Positions 21,937-31,230 are shown, numbered from the whole stretch's first letter. The stretch: 62,263 bases of DNA, filler included, from Candidatus Zapsychrus exili (GCA_030765585.1; 4 parts of 4 records of this genome joined end to end with filler, not necessarily neighbours in it), one strand, 5' to 3'. Notes: a model not told the origin generated them from the sequence alone. A program made the numbers and translations.

Positions 21937-21978
21937 GAAATGTGTAAGTTCTGGCTTATTCTGGCTTATTCTTGTTCA
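21930..21978. repeat. Right inverted end of RAYT element with tandem TTCTGGCTTA
   Basis: TTGCTGAGAAA (reverse complement of 21391-21401), then TTCTGGCTTA x2 plus one degenerate copy. Confidence 0.75.
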
Positions 21979-22022
21979 TGAATTTTTACTAAAAAATTAT
22001 ATTTTTAATGATATAATTATTT

Positions 22023-23075
22023 ATGTCAAAATCACTTACCATCTCTAAATCCTACAACAATTTAATCCTTTCTATTAAAAAAACATTATCCTCTGGGCTT
22101 GTTGAAGCTAAAAAAGCTTTGGAGTATCAACGTCTAAAAACATATTGGCAGGTAGGGAAGACAATATCTGACTTTACATCTGATGGAGAATTGATTTTAA
22201 ATGAAGAGCTTTATCAAAAAATGAGTTCTGATCTCAATAAGCAAACAGGGCTTGATTTGTCTAACAATATTCTAAAGCGGTCTGTTCAATTAAATAGAAA
22301 TTACCTTCAATTTCCGAAAGATACCACGCTTACTTTTACTCATTATATAGTTTTGCAACGGATTAAAGATTTACGTCTACGTTCGAAAATTGAAAAGGAT
22401 GCAATTAAAAAAGACTTAACGGTGAATGAAATAAGAGCTGTAATTGCGCAGATTGATATTGATAAAAAATGTCCTAATGAAAAGAGTACAAGAAGGCTGG
22501 AATGCGAACGTGGAGAGCCTTTTGTTTACAGAGTTCTCGAAAGAACAGATGTTACAAAGAATAAAGTTTTTTATATTGATTGCGGTTTTAAGATAAATAT
22601 TTCTTTAGATTCTAATGTTTTTGGCAAAAAGATAATATCAAGTTGTAGGAATAGCAACGTAAGAATTGTTGCTGTTACAAAAAAGGAAGATTGCTACGAA
22701 ATAATAACAGATAAAGAGGGTTACTCGAAATTGTATACATATTTAGCGCGAGTTATAAAAGTTATAGATGGAGATACCATTGATGTTCGAATAGATGTTG
22801 GTTTTGGCGTAGGTTTAAGCGATAGGCTTAGACTTAAAAAAATAAACACCGCTGAAACAACGACATATTCAGGCAAGTATGCTAAACAGTTTTTAACTGA
22901 TTATTTAAGCAAATGCCCTTTCATTATTATACGAACTCAAAAAGAAGGGATGTTCGGAAGGTGGCTTGCTGATGTTTTTACATTGCCTAATTGCAAAGAC
23001 CCTTATAAGATTGCAGCAGAAGGGGAGTATTTAAATCAGCTTTTATTGGATAAAGGCTTGGCAGAAGTTTATTAA
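22023..23075 (+). CDS. DUF1016/YhcG-N-like domain fused to thermonuclease (SNase) domain
   Basis: N-terminal 'RLKTYWQVGKTI...LTFTHYIVL...LTVNEIR'; C-terminal 'VIKVIDGDTID...RLRLKKINTAE...FGRWLADV...LNQLLLDKGLA'. Confidence 0.8.
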   Translation: MSKSLTISKSYNNLILSIKKTLSSGLVEAKKALEYQRLKTYWQVGKTISDFTSDGELILNEELYQKMSSDLNKQTGLDLSNNILKRSVQLNRNYLQFPKDTTLTFTHYIVLQRIKDLRLRSKIEKDAIKKDLTVNEIRAVIAQIDIDKKCPNEKSTRRLECERGEPFVYRVLERTDVTKNKVFYIDCGFKINISLDSNVFGKKIISSCRNSNVRIVAVTKKEDCYEIITDKEGYSKLYTYLARVIKVIDGDTIDVRIDVGFGVGLSDRLRLKKINTAETTTYSGKYAKQFLTDYLSKCPFIIIRTQKEGMFGRWLADVFTLPNCKDPYKIAAEGEYLNQLLLDKGLAEVY

Positions 23076-23120
23076 AAAGAAGGGAATGTCGAGTTTGAAG
23101 ATCTTGACTAGAGGATATAA

Positions 23121-23816
23121 ATGGCAGAAACAAATTTAGAGGTACTTGCCTACGAACAGACGTCTTTAGGGATGCTGTGTCTAAGGCGTCGCAAGCCGCT
23201 ACATGATCCAACAATAACAGTGACAGAAATCACGCTCAATCATGAATTCTTGATGAGTAGTTATTATACGGACTCTGAACGCGCACTATCAAAGATCGCG
23301 CTCAAAATGCATGGAGGTGAGGATTTAGATATTTTAGTCGGAGGTTTGGGTTTAGGTTATACTGCTTATGAAGCGTTGTTAAGTCAACAGACCAAATCTG
23401 TCGAGGTTGTTGAATTTTTACCGCAGGTTATTTCTTGGATGAATGAAGGGCTGGTGCCGTTATCTAAAGAGCTTTGTTCGGATAAGCGCTTATCTATTGT
23501 CGAAGGTGATATTTATGGAAAGTTAGATGGGAAAGTGAGTAAGAAATTTGATGTAATTCTAATTGATGTTGATCATTCTCCCGATGAGCGATTGGATACC
23601 AAATGTGGACGGTTTTACACTAAGGAGGGGCTAAGTAGTGCAAGTAAACATTTAAATGAAAATGGAGTTCTTGCTGTCTGGTCTTACGCTAAAGATTCTC
23701 CTTTTGCGGACGCTTTGCGGGATGTGTTTACAGATGTGCAAGTTGAGCCCATTGTATTTAAACATAAATTTCTTAACAATGAAGAGCATACCGATTGGCT
23801 ATTTTTTGCACGGTAA
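23121..23816 (+). CDS. Spermidine-synthase-like SAM-binding protein
   Basis: ILVGGLGLGYTA, VEVVE, FDVILIDVDHSP, GVLAVWS. Confidence 0.82.
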   Translation: MAETNLEVLAYEQTSLGMLCLRRRKPLHDPTITVTEITLNHEFLMSSYYTDSERALSKIALKMHGGEDLDILVGGLGLGYTAYEALLSQQTKSVEVVEFLPQVISWMNEGLVPLSKELCSDKRLSIVEGDIYGKLDGKVSKKFDVILIDVDHSPDERLDTKCGRFYTKEGLSSASKHLNENGVLAVWSYAKDSPFADALRDVFTDVQVEPIVFKHKFLNNEEHTDWLFFAR

Positions 23817-23993
23817 CGCTTAAAGACTCAAGGAAAAGATATTGAAGTAGGGCAGAAGGTTGTTGTTGAAAAAAAATATGATAGTGTTGTTAATTATACA
23901 GATTTTCTAGATGGACTTCAGATTGGAATATTGAATTTTAATGGAATTGCTGATCCTCACGGATTATTTCCGCTAGTCAATTGGTCATTTTAG
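23817..23993 (+). pseudogene. C-terminal fragment of LA_2272-type (GxQIGxxN) repeat protein
   Basis: Open frame without an ATG start: ...VVNYTDFLDGLQIGILNFNG...GLFPLVNWSF*. Confidence 0.55.
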
Positions 23994-24065
23994 TTTGGTG
24001 AAAGCTTATTGAAAAATATTTGTATGTTATACGCTAATAGCGTATACTTAAGATAAGGTTGCTAG

Positions 24066-24383
24066 ATGGAATTCTTGGAAACGTCAGTATTTACAAAACA
24101 AATTACTAGTATTCTTTTAGATTACGAATATGCTGATTTGCAGATATATCTTACTAGACATCCTGATGTTGGTTCGCTGATACCTTGTGGTGCAGGATTG
24201 CGTAAAGTACGTTGGAAAGCTAGAGGAAAAGGCAAGAGATCTGGTGTTCGTATTATTTATTATTGGTATTTTTCTAAGTCGCAGATTTTTATGCTTTTGG
24301 CTTACAAGAAAAGCGAATCTACTGATCTTTCAAAAAGGCATTTAAAGCAGTTGGCAAAATTTGTTAAAGAGGGAATATTATGA
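24066..24383 (+). CDS. Type II toxin, RelE/HigB-2 family
   Basis: FLETSVF, GLRKVRW...GKRSGVRIIYY, LLAYKK..DLS. Confidence 0.9.
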   Translation: MEFLETSVFTKQITSILLDYEYADLQIYLTRHPDVGSLIPCGAGLRKVRWKARGKGKRSGVRIIYYWYFSKSQIFMLLAYKKSESTDLSKRHLKQLAKFVKEGIL

Positions 24384-24670
24384 AAGAAGCATTATTTAAT
24401 GATTTAATAAAAAGCATAAAAGAAGCAAGAGAAATTGCAGATGGAAAAAAGAAGCCTTCTCGCAAATTTAAGATTAAACCAGTCGATATTAAATCTATTA
24501 GGAAAAAACTAAAGTTTTCACAGGATCAGTTTGCAAATATTGTTGGCATTCCCGTCGCCACTCTTAGAAATTGGGAGCAAGGTAGAACAAACCCCGAAGG
24601 CCCAGCCAGAGTTTTAATTACAGCTATTAGAAATAACCCCAGAGGCGTAATTAAAGCCATTAATTCTTAA
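24380..24670 (+). CDS. HigA-2-like HTH antitoxin
   Basis: DIKSIRKKL.FSQDQFA...TLRNWEQGR.NPEGPA; ATGA overlap with toxin. Confidence 0.9.
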   Translation: MKEALFNDLIKSIKEAREIADGKKKPSRKFKIKPVDIKSIRKKLKFSQDQFANIVGIPVATLRNWEQGRTNPEGPARVLITAIRNNPRGVIKAINS

Positions 24671-24724
24671 GTTAGTAATTAATCGTAAGAATTTTAATAA
24701 TTTTTAGAGCTTGGAGATAAAATA

Positions 24725-25186
24725 ATGTTTAAAGAATTTAAAGAATTTGCAGTAAGAGGTAATGTTATTGACATGGCTGTTGGCGTTATTGTTGGTGCTG
24801 CCTTCGGGAAAATAGTAAGTTCACTTGTTAATGATATTGTCATGCCGCCATTGGGAATTTTAATAGGAGGTATAGACTTCTCGAATCATTTTATTGTGTT
24901 GTCTGGTACAGGAACATATGCAACGCTTGCAGAAGCAAAAGCAGCAGGCGCAACAACGCTAAACTATGGTTTATTTTTAAATACAACAGTTACATTTTTG
25001 ATAGTGTCTTTTGTTGTTTTTCTTTTAGTTAAGCAGATAAATAGATTAAAAAGAGAGGAAGACGCAACGTCAATTGTTCCAACGCAGAAATCGTGTCCAC
25101 ACTGTCTGCAAAGTATCTCTATTATGGCAACACGCTGCTCGTTCTGTACTTCTTATCTTGACAAGAAGAAGGAAGAGTTGGAATAA
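24725..25186 (+). CDS. mscL: Large-conductance mechanosensitive channel with C-terminal Zn-ribbon
   Basis: [27 protein letters not shown]...RCSFCTS tail. Confidence 0.96.
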   Translation: MFKEFKEFAVRGNVIDMAVGVIVGAAFGKIVSSLVNDIVMPPLGILIGGIDFSNHFIVLSGTGTYATLAEAKAAGATTLNYGLFLNTTVTFLIVSFVVFLLVKQINRLKREEDATSIVPTQKSCPHCLQSISIMATRCSFCTSYLDKKKEELE

Positions 25187-25190
25187 TTAG

Positions 25191-25472
25191 ATGACAGATG
25201 ATAAAGACCTTTATTACAAGACTCAAGAGCAGAAGCAAACAGAGTGGGAGGCGTTATGTACACGTTGTGGTGCGTGTTGCGGAAAAATAGAGGGCGACCC
25301 CTGCGAGCATATGGCTGTCGACGATAAAGGTAAGACTTATTGTAGGATATACGAGTATCGTTTCGGATTTCATAAAACGATAAGTGGTAAAATGCTTAAA
25401 TGTGTTAATATAAGAGACTTAATGCAAACGCAAGATTGGCCCGGCGGCCACTTGTGCGCGTATAAAAAATAA
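25191..25472 (+). CDS. YkgJ/CxxCxxCC cysteine-cluster protein
   Basis: WEALCTRCGACC, PCEH, CRIYE.R, CAY. Confidence 0.8.
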   Translation: MTDDKDLYYKTQEQKQTEWEALCTRCGACCGKIEGDPCEHMAVDDKGKTYCRIYEYRFGFHKTISGKMLKCVNIRDLMQTQDWPGGHLCAYKK

Positions 25473-25487
25473 AAAAAAGGAAACTTT

Positions 25488-26096
25488 ATGCCAGTATGCA
25501 AATTACAATCTTTTAATTTTATTTTTTTGTTTTACGGGGCTTTTATAGCTATTTTTGGATATATATTCCTAAGAAAAAACAGTAAGTATATGAGCCTTTT
25601 AACAGAGCAGTCTTTAAGAAGAAATGGTACCGTTAAAAGTAGATATTTTATTATTCCAACCCTAACGTTTCTTCATAATTTCAAAGAAGTGTCAGTAGCA
25701 TTAACACATAGGCGCAAGTCGACTCCACCGTACACAAGAGTGTGCGCAACGCTGAATTTAGTTAATGATTGCGATATAATTGTTGCCAAAGAAACTATTT
25801 CTTACAAAATCGGAAAAGCCTTTGGTTATGGTGAAATAAAAATAGGGGATGATGCTTTTGATGGGGATTTCTTTATTAGGTCAAAAAATGAGATAGTTGT
25901 AAGAAACATTTTAACAGATAAGGTTAAAGCAGCCTTAGATAATATTAAAGATTTAAAGCCAGCGCTTAAGATAGCTAAGAATAAATTTTCTTTTGTTGTT
26001 CCGTGTTCTCCAAAAGATACTTATCAATTGGATCAGATAATAGACACTGGCTTGCTTATTTTAAGCCAATTAAAAGACGCAAGTTATATTATGTAA
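25488..26096 (+). CDS. Hypothetical membrane-anchored protein
   Basis: N-terminal TM; 'EIKIGDDAFDGDFFIRS' motif. Confidence 0.6.
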   Translation: MPVCKLQSFNFIFLFYGAFIAIFGYIFLRKNSKYMSLLTEQSLRRNGTVKSRYFIIPTLTFLHNFKEVSVALTHRRKSTPPYTRVCATLNLVNDCDIIVAKETISYKIGKAFGYGEIKIGDDAFDGDFFIRSKNEIVVRNILTDKVKAALDNIKDLKPALKIAKNKFSFVVPCSPKDTYQLDQIIDTGLLILSQLKDASYIM

Positions 26097-26327
26097 ATGC
26101 CAATTAAATGTTAAAAATGGCAAGAAATAAGCCAAAAAACACCACTTTTTTAATCTTTTTATCCACGCCTAACTCCTACCTAGTTATATAACCTATTAAT
26201 ACTAATAAGCTTATAAAACTTTGTATTTATTGTAGAAAGCGGTTCCTCAAAAACCCTCCAAACGCCCACTTTAGTCCATTATTTAATATATACTTATAGT
26301 AGTTGAACTTTTAAGGGGAATGTTTTT

Positions 26328-26581
26328 ATGAGAAAAAATATATTAAAGTATGTAAGCATAATGCAGATCATTATTTTCTTAGGTAGTATGATATTGCCTA
26401 ATGCTTCTTTAGCTCAAGGAGTATTTACTCTTACCCCGCCAAATGCTATGGTTTCTTTAAGTTCAGATTACGCTCCCATTATATTACGTGGAATTAAAAT
26501 TAACCCAGAGAATCCTTTTAAATTTGATTTTATTCTAGATCCCGGAACCTCGCAGGTTCGTGGCGAAGATTTAAAAGAAGA
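26328..26581 (+). CDS. N-terminus of exported protein, truncated by gap (probable Omnitrophota giant protein)
   Basis: Signal peptide (ASLA), 'PIILRGIKINPENPFKFDFILDPG'; frame runs into N-gap. Confidence 0.65.
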
Positions 26582-26681
26582 NNNNNNNNNNNNNNNNNNN
26601 NNNNNNNNNNNNNNNNNNNNNNNNNTTAATTAATTAANNNNNNNNNNNNNNNNNNNNNNNNNNNNNNNNNNNNNNNNNNNN
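26582..26681. other. Assembly gap with TTAATTAATTAA linker
   Basis: N runs flanking an all-frame stop linker. Confidence 0.99.
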
Positions 26682-26772
26682 GGGGAGAGGGTTAGGGTGA
26701 GGGGCTTTTATTCTTACCCCTCATCTCTGTCTTCCTAAAGAAAGACAGGTCTTCTCCCCAAAGGGGAGAAGG
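26682..26772. repeat. GGGAGAGGGTTAGGGTGAGGG / CCCTCA...CTCCC palindromic repeat
   Basis: Inverted arms with nested hairpin, at the contig end. Confidence 0.65.
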
Positions 26773-26878
26773 AAAAAAGAATTATTAAATAATTTTAAAG
26801 TGTTACCAAAATAGTGAAGAATTACACTGCCGGTAGGCACGTAAAGTCCCGTTGGGACCACGTCCCTTTACGGGCAGG

Positions 26879-26990
26879 GAGCGACTGCCTCCTAAGCAGT
26901 AGGCCACACGTTTGACCACAATCTTCCTTCTTTTTTAGGAAAGATTGGGGCCCGCAAGCAAAGCGCAGCGGATTCGTGTCAGGCGCACCA
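26879..26990 (+). pseudogene. tRNA-Arg(CCT) remnant with 57-nt insertion in T-loop and no recognisable 5' acceptor strand
   Basis: GAGC-G-ACTGC-CTCCTAA-GCAGT-AGGCC-ACACG-TTTGA[26916-26972]TT-CGTGT-CAGGCGC-ACCA. Confidence 0.8.
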
Positions 26991-27109
26991 GTTTTTGTCA
27001 AAAAGCTTTCGCATTTGGTTTTTGAGATTTGAGATTTCTTATCTTGTATCTGTCTTTTATTGCAACGTTTTACATAAAATTAGCAATTATAAAAAAACTT
27101 CAAATCTTA

Positions 27110-27138
27110 TTGACACTATATTCTTTATATGCCAAAAT
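27110..27138 (+). promoter_or_regulatory. Sigma70-like promoter of porin gene
   Basis: TTGACA-N17-CAAAAT with extended -10 TG. Confidence 0.55.
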
Positions 27139-27319
27139 AGTTGAGAATTTTCAAAGCACCAGTGACGGTTCTAATATAGCTATGAAAGGGGGGATAAAAA
27201 AGTTTAGGCTAGGGATTGTCATAAAACTGGATCCGTGGGTGTAAAAACATAGGCTTCTTATCAAAGTCTATTTTATTATAAATAAATTTAAAAAATCGTT
27301 ATTTTAACGAGGAGAAGAT

Positions 27320-28729
27320 ATGAAAAAATTATTATTAGCGTTAGTTATTGTGGCTTTAGTTGCCGCACCGGCTTTTGCTAGCGTACAAAATGTTAAGGTA
27401 AGTGGAAGCATTGATTCTACTTTACTTAACAGACAAGGTTTTGATTTAGGAGCTGCTTCAGCTTCTAACGAAAGTGATATAAGACAAAATCTTTTTATCA
27501 CTCAAACTAACTTACAAGTTGATGCAGATTTAACTGACAATGTATCAGCAACTGTTGCTCTTATTAATGAGAGAGTATGGGGTTCAACTGCTTCTGAAGG
27601 AGATACAGGTATAGACCTTCAATTAGCTTATGTTACCTTAAGAGAAATGCTTTATTCTCCGTTAACAGTTGTTATTGGTCGTCAAGCACTTGCTTATGGA
27701 AACAGCCTTATTGTTTCTTCAGCTTCTACAAGCGCAGGTATAGGCAATTCAGGTTTATCAAGCACTGCTAATGATCTAAGTGGACAAACAGGATTAGATG
27801 CTGTTCGTGCTATTTTAGATTATGATCCATTAACTGTAGATATCGTTTATGCTAGACTTTCATCAGGTGTTGTAACTGATGCTGCTGGCGATCCTACAAA
27901 TAATGATGATACTAATCTTTATGGTATCAATGCAACATATGAACTTGGTGATGACAAAGATACACAAGTTCAAGCTTATGTATTTGCAAAAAGAAGCAGA
28001 ACTCTTAATGGAGCAGCTAATCTTGGGGCAAAAACTGATACAGTTTATGTGCCTGGTATTTTAGTTAGCACTAATCCATTAGAAGATGTAACTCTTTCTG
28101 TTGAATATGCTCATCAAAGTGGTACAAGAGCATCTACAGATGCTTTAGATAACCAGCAAAGAGATGCAGACGCTGCACAACTTATTGCTTCTTACGCTGT
28201 ACCAGTTTTAGAAGATTATAACCCAGTACTTCAGTATTCTTATACATTCACATCTGGTGAAAATGATCTTGACACAGTAAATGCTTCTGGAAATAATGGA
28301 GTTAATAATGAAATTATTACTGGATGGGACCCAATGCTTGAAAATCAAGGTAAGGGAACTATCTACAATGCACTTTTTGCTTTAACAAATTGCCAAATTC
28401 ACTCTATTTCACTTACAACAAATCCAATAGAAGACTTAACAGCGACATTATCTTGGACTGGCCTATGGACAGCTCAAAAGATTCATGATTCTGGTGATGT
28501 AGATTTATTCCAACCAGATGGAAGCGCTACAGCTTCTACTGTAAATAACGTTGGCGTTGCTGGAAAAGATGAAATAGGTAATGAAATAGATTTAGTTCTA
28601 ACTTATGCTTACACTGAAGATGTTACAATTGGTGCTAACTTAGGTTGGTTCTTCCCAGGTGATGGAATTGATGCAGATCATCAAGAAGTAGCTTCACAAG
28701 CATTAATTAATGTTAATGTAGACTTCTAA
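27320..28729 (+). CDS. Outer-membrane beta-barrel, alginate-export (AlgE-like) family; probable major porin
   Basis: Signal peptide AFA, amphipathic strands, IGRQ.L.YG, EIGNEIDL, terminal Phe; RBS GAGGAG. Confidence 0.8.
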   Translation: MKKLLLALVIVALVAAPAFASVQNVKVSGSIDSTLLNRQGFDLGAASASNESDIRQNLFITQTNLQVDADLTDNVSATVALINERVWGSTASEGDTGIDLQLAYVTLREMLYSPLTVVIGRQALAYGNSLIVSSASTSAGIGNSGLSSTANDLSGQTGLDAVRAILDYDPLTVDIVYARLSSGVVTDAAGDPTNNDDTNLYGINATYELGDDKDTQVQAYVFAKRSRTLNGAANLGAKTDTVYVPGILVSTNPLEDVTLSVEYAHQSGTRASTDALDNQQRDADAAQLIASYAVPVLEDYNPVLQYSYTFTSGENDLDTVNASGNNGVNNEIITGWDPMLENQGKGTIYNALFALTNCQIHSISLTTNPIEDLTATLSWTGLWTAQKIHDSGDVDLFQPDGSATASTVNNVGVAGKDEIGNEIDLVLTYAYTEDVTIGANLGWFFPGDGIDADHQEVASQALINVNVDF

Positions 28730-28744
28730 GTAGTTTATAGAATT

Positions 28745-28779
28745 AAAAAAGGGGCATGCGTTTGCATGTCCCTTTTTTT
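28745..28779 (+). terminator. Intrinsic terminator after porin
   Basis: A6-GGGGCATGC-loop-GCATGTCCC-T7. Confidence 0.85.
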
Positions 28780-29025
28780 GTGTAGACTACTAGAGATTGC
28801 GCTCTTATCAGGATATTCATTGTAGAGCGTAATACTAATAATTTAAAAGGCCCTCGGGATTTCCCGAGGGCCTTTTAATAGAAGTTTTTTGGGGCATGTT
28901 TATACATGCCCCCTTTTTTTATGCAAATTTACAATAAATTAATTAGGGACAGAGTGAGTTCAAAGTTCTAATGCAACGCTTTAATAAGAAATAGTTAGTA
29001 AAAATATTATAGCTTTAAAAAAGTC

Positions 29026-29228
29026 TGTCATCCCTGCGAAGGCAGGGATCTGGTTAAAATTTTGATAGAAATTTTAACCATCTTGAACGAAGTGAAAGAT
29101 ATTTATTTAGATCCTTTGATAAGCTCAGGATGATTGTAGTTTTATTAAAAATTACAATCAGATTCCTGCCTTCGCAGGAATGACAGGTAAAGGTGCAGGA
29201 ATGGCAGGTAAAGGTGCAGGAATGACAG
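29026..29228. repeat. Composite TGTCATCCC...GGAATGACA repeat with nested element and 21-bp tandem tail
   Basis: TGTCATCCCTGCGAAGGCAGGGATCT ... AGATTCCTGCCTTCGCAGGAATGACA; GCAGGAATGRCAGGTAAAGGT starting at 29174, 29195, 29216. Confidence 0.85.
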
Positions 29229-29464
29229 CAAGCATTGCACTAGCATCTTGAATCTGTACAATTAACTTATGTTCGCTAACGCTTCATAAGTTAAGTACTC
29301 ATTTAAAATAATTGAAATAATATTTTAACTTATATTCTTTATCTGCTATTATAAAAATACTTCACACCCCAAGTGTTCTAACCTCATTGTTTCTTTAGGG
29401 TTATAATCGAGTAACTAGCTTAAATATAATAAGTTTAATTTATATACTAGAGGGTAATTTATTT

Positions 29465-30052
29465 ATGAGTAGAGATGATATTTATGATCATTTGGCGCAA
29501 GTCTATTTAGGCAAACGCAAAGAAGTGGTAAAAGAGAAAAAGAAAAAGTTTAGTGCTTGGCTTGTTATAAACATTTTCACGACGATAATAATATTCTTGA
29601 GTGTTGTTTATGGGCTAACCGCTTTCTTAGCGCAGAAAGGTTTTAGCTTAAAGAGTGGAATAATTTTTTCTCTTCATAGAGGTCCTATACGTGTTGAATA
29701 TAACTTTGAAGATTCATTTCCTCCGGTCAAAACTTTTTCTTTAAGCATTCCTAATGCTTTAAACGCAAAGAAATATAGTAGTTTACAATTTTCTGTTAGA
29801 GCGAAGGAAGAAGGAACACCTGGTGTTATTAAAATAATTTTAAAGAATAGAAAGAATGAAGAATCTTTTTATTATATACAAAACATAAATTTAAAATGGC
29901 AAAAAATAAATATATCGCTAGACGAATTTCGTCAAATTACTGATTGGAGCAATTTAACAGATATATCTTTCGTTTTAGAATCTTGGAACGTAGATGATGA
30001 CAGCGGAATTATTTTAATTGATGATGTTTGTTTTGGTGGTATTAGAAGTTGA
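29465..30052 (+). CDS. Membrane-anchored carbohydrate-binding (CBM11/galactose-binding-like) protein
   Basis: One TM; 'LQFSVR...WQKINISLDEF..ITDWSNL.DISFV...G.I.IDDV.F'. Confidence 0.7.
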   Translation: MSRDDIYDHLAQVYLGKRKEVVKEKKKKFSAWLVINIFTTIIIFLSVVYGLTAFLAQKGFSLKSGIIFSLHRGPIRVEYNFEDSFPPVKTFSLSIPNALNAKKYSSLQFSVRAKEEGTPGVIKIILKNRKNEESFYYIQNINLKWQKINISLDEFRQITDWSNLTDISFVLESWNVDDDSGIILIDDVCFGGIRS

Positions 30053-30108
30053 TCAAATGTTAAGATTTCTCGTATAAGAGAATTTAAAAATAGGGGGCAA
30101 TAAAAAAA

Positions 30109-31230
30109 ATGAAAATTATTTCTATCGCAAATCAGAAAGGCGGATGTGGCAAAACAACAACAGCTATTAATCTTGCCTCATCTTTAAGTCTAAATGGAAA
30201 GAAAGTTCTTCTGGTAGATCTTGATCCGCAGGCACATGCTTCTTTAGGGCTTGATATTGAAAGCCAAGATAGCATTTATAATGTTATTTCATCTCTTACT
30301 CCACGAAAGCTAGAGATAAAAGATATAATAAAAACAGTAGAAGATCGTTTTGATATTGTTCCTTCAAATGTTTTGGTAGGAACTTTAGAACAAGAATTGT
30401 CTGATGAGATAGGTAGAGAAAGAAAGCTGCTTATGGTAATTGAGCAAGTAAAAGAAGAATATGACTATGTTCTTATAGATTGCCCTCCATCTTTAGGAAT
30501 ACTAACCGTAAATGCAATAAGAGCAAGTGATGAGATAATTGTGCCGGTTGAGACAAGCAGATTTTCTCTTCAAGGTGTTGAGCAGTTAACAGAGATAGTA
30601 AATCTTGTTAAGGATAGACTTAATCATAGCGTTAAGATGCAAGTATTGATTACAATGTTTGATTCTAGACTTAGGCATTCGTTCTCAATGTTGGCAACTT
30701 TTAAAGAGAGATTTAAAGATATATTGCTTGATACTATAATTCATATAAATGTTAAGTTAAAAGAATCTGCTGTTATGGGAAGAACTGTTGCTTGTTATGA
30801 TAAATATTGTCGTGGAGCCAAAGATTATCATATGTTGGCTAAAGAGTTGATTTCTATGGAGAAGAAAGAAGAATCAGATGATACAATCCAAATTCTTTCT
30901 AAACCATTCTCAAAAAGAATGGAAAAGGTTGTTACAGAAGAAATAAAGAATCTATTTCCGGTCAAGTTTTCAATCGAAGCCCCCGATGCACAAGCAGTGT
31001 ATATAACAGGAAGTTTTAATGATTGGGCTTTGGATGAATCGTATAGATTAAAGCAAATAGATGGAAGATGGACTGCTGATATTCCTTTACGTCAAGGAGT
31101 ACATAAATATCAATTTATTGTAGATGGCGTTTGGAAAGAAGATCCAAGTAATGAACAAAAAGAAAGAAATTCTTTTGGAGATGTGAATTCTATTGTTGAG
31201 GTGAAGGTCAATGACCAAGTCCTCGCTTAA
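30109..31230 (+). CDS. ParA/Soj ATPase fused to C-terminal CBM48/AMPK-beta glycogen-binding domain
   Basis: NQKGGCGKTT, DLDPQAHAS, IDCPPSLG; C-terminal 'APDAQAVYITGSFNDW...GRW...G.HKYQFIVDGVWKEDPSN...FGDVNS'. Confidence 0.9.
   Translation: MKIISIANQKGGCGKTTTAINLASSLSLNGKKVLLVDLDPQAHASLGLDIESQDSIYNVISSLTPRKLEIKDIIKTVEDRFDIVPSNVLVGTLEQELSDEIGRERKLLMVIEQVKEEYDYVLIDCPPSLGILTVNAIRASDEIIVPVETSRFSLQGVEQLTEIVNLVKDRLNHSVKMQVLITMFDSRLRHSFSMLATFKERFKDILLDTIIHINVKLKESAVMGRTVACYDKYCRGAKDYHMLAKELISMEKKEESDDTIQILSKPFSKRMEKVVTEEIKNLFPVKFSIEAPDAQAVYITGSFNDWALDESYRLKQIDGRWTADIPLRQGVHKYQFIVDGVWKEDPSNEQKERNSFGDVNSIVEVKVNDQVLA

Noticed and set aside
25090..25150. Zn-ribbon tail on MscL
   Set aside because: A common MscL variant in many bacteria
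26626..26637. TTAATTAATTAA motif repeated three times in the window
   Set aside because: Artificial scaffold linker inside N-gaps
27029..27244. 71-aa ORF upstream of porin
   Set aside because: TTG start without RBS; overlaps the predicted porin promoter and leader
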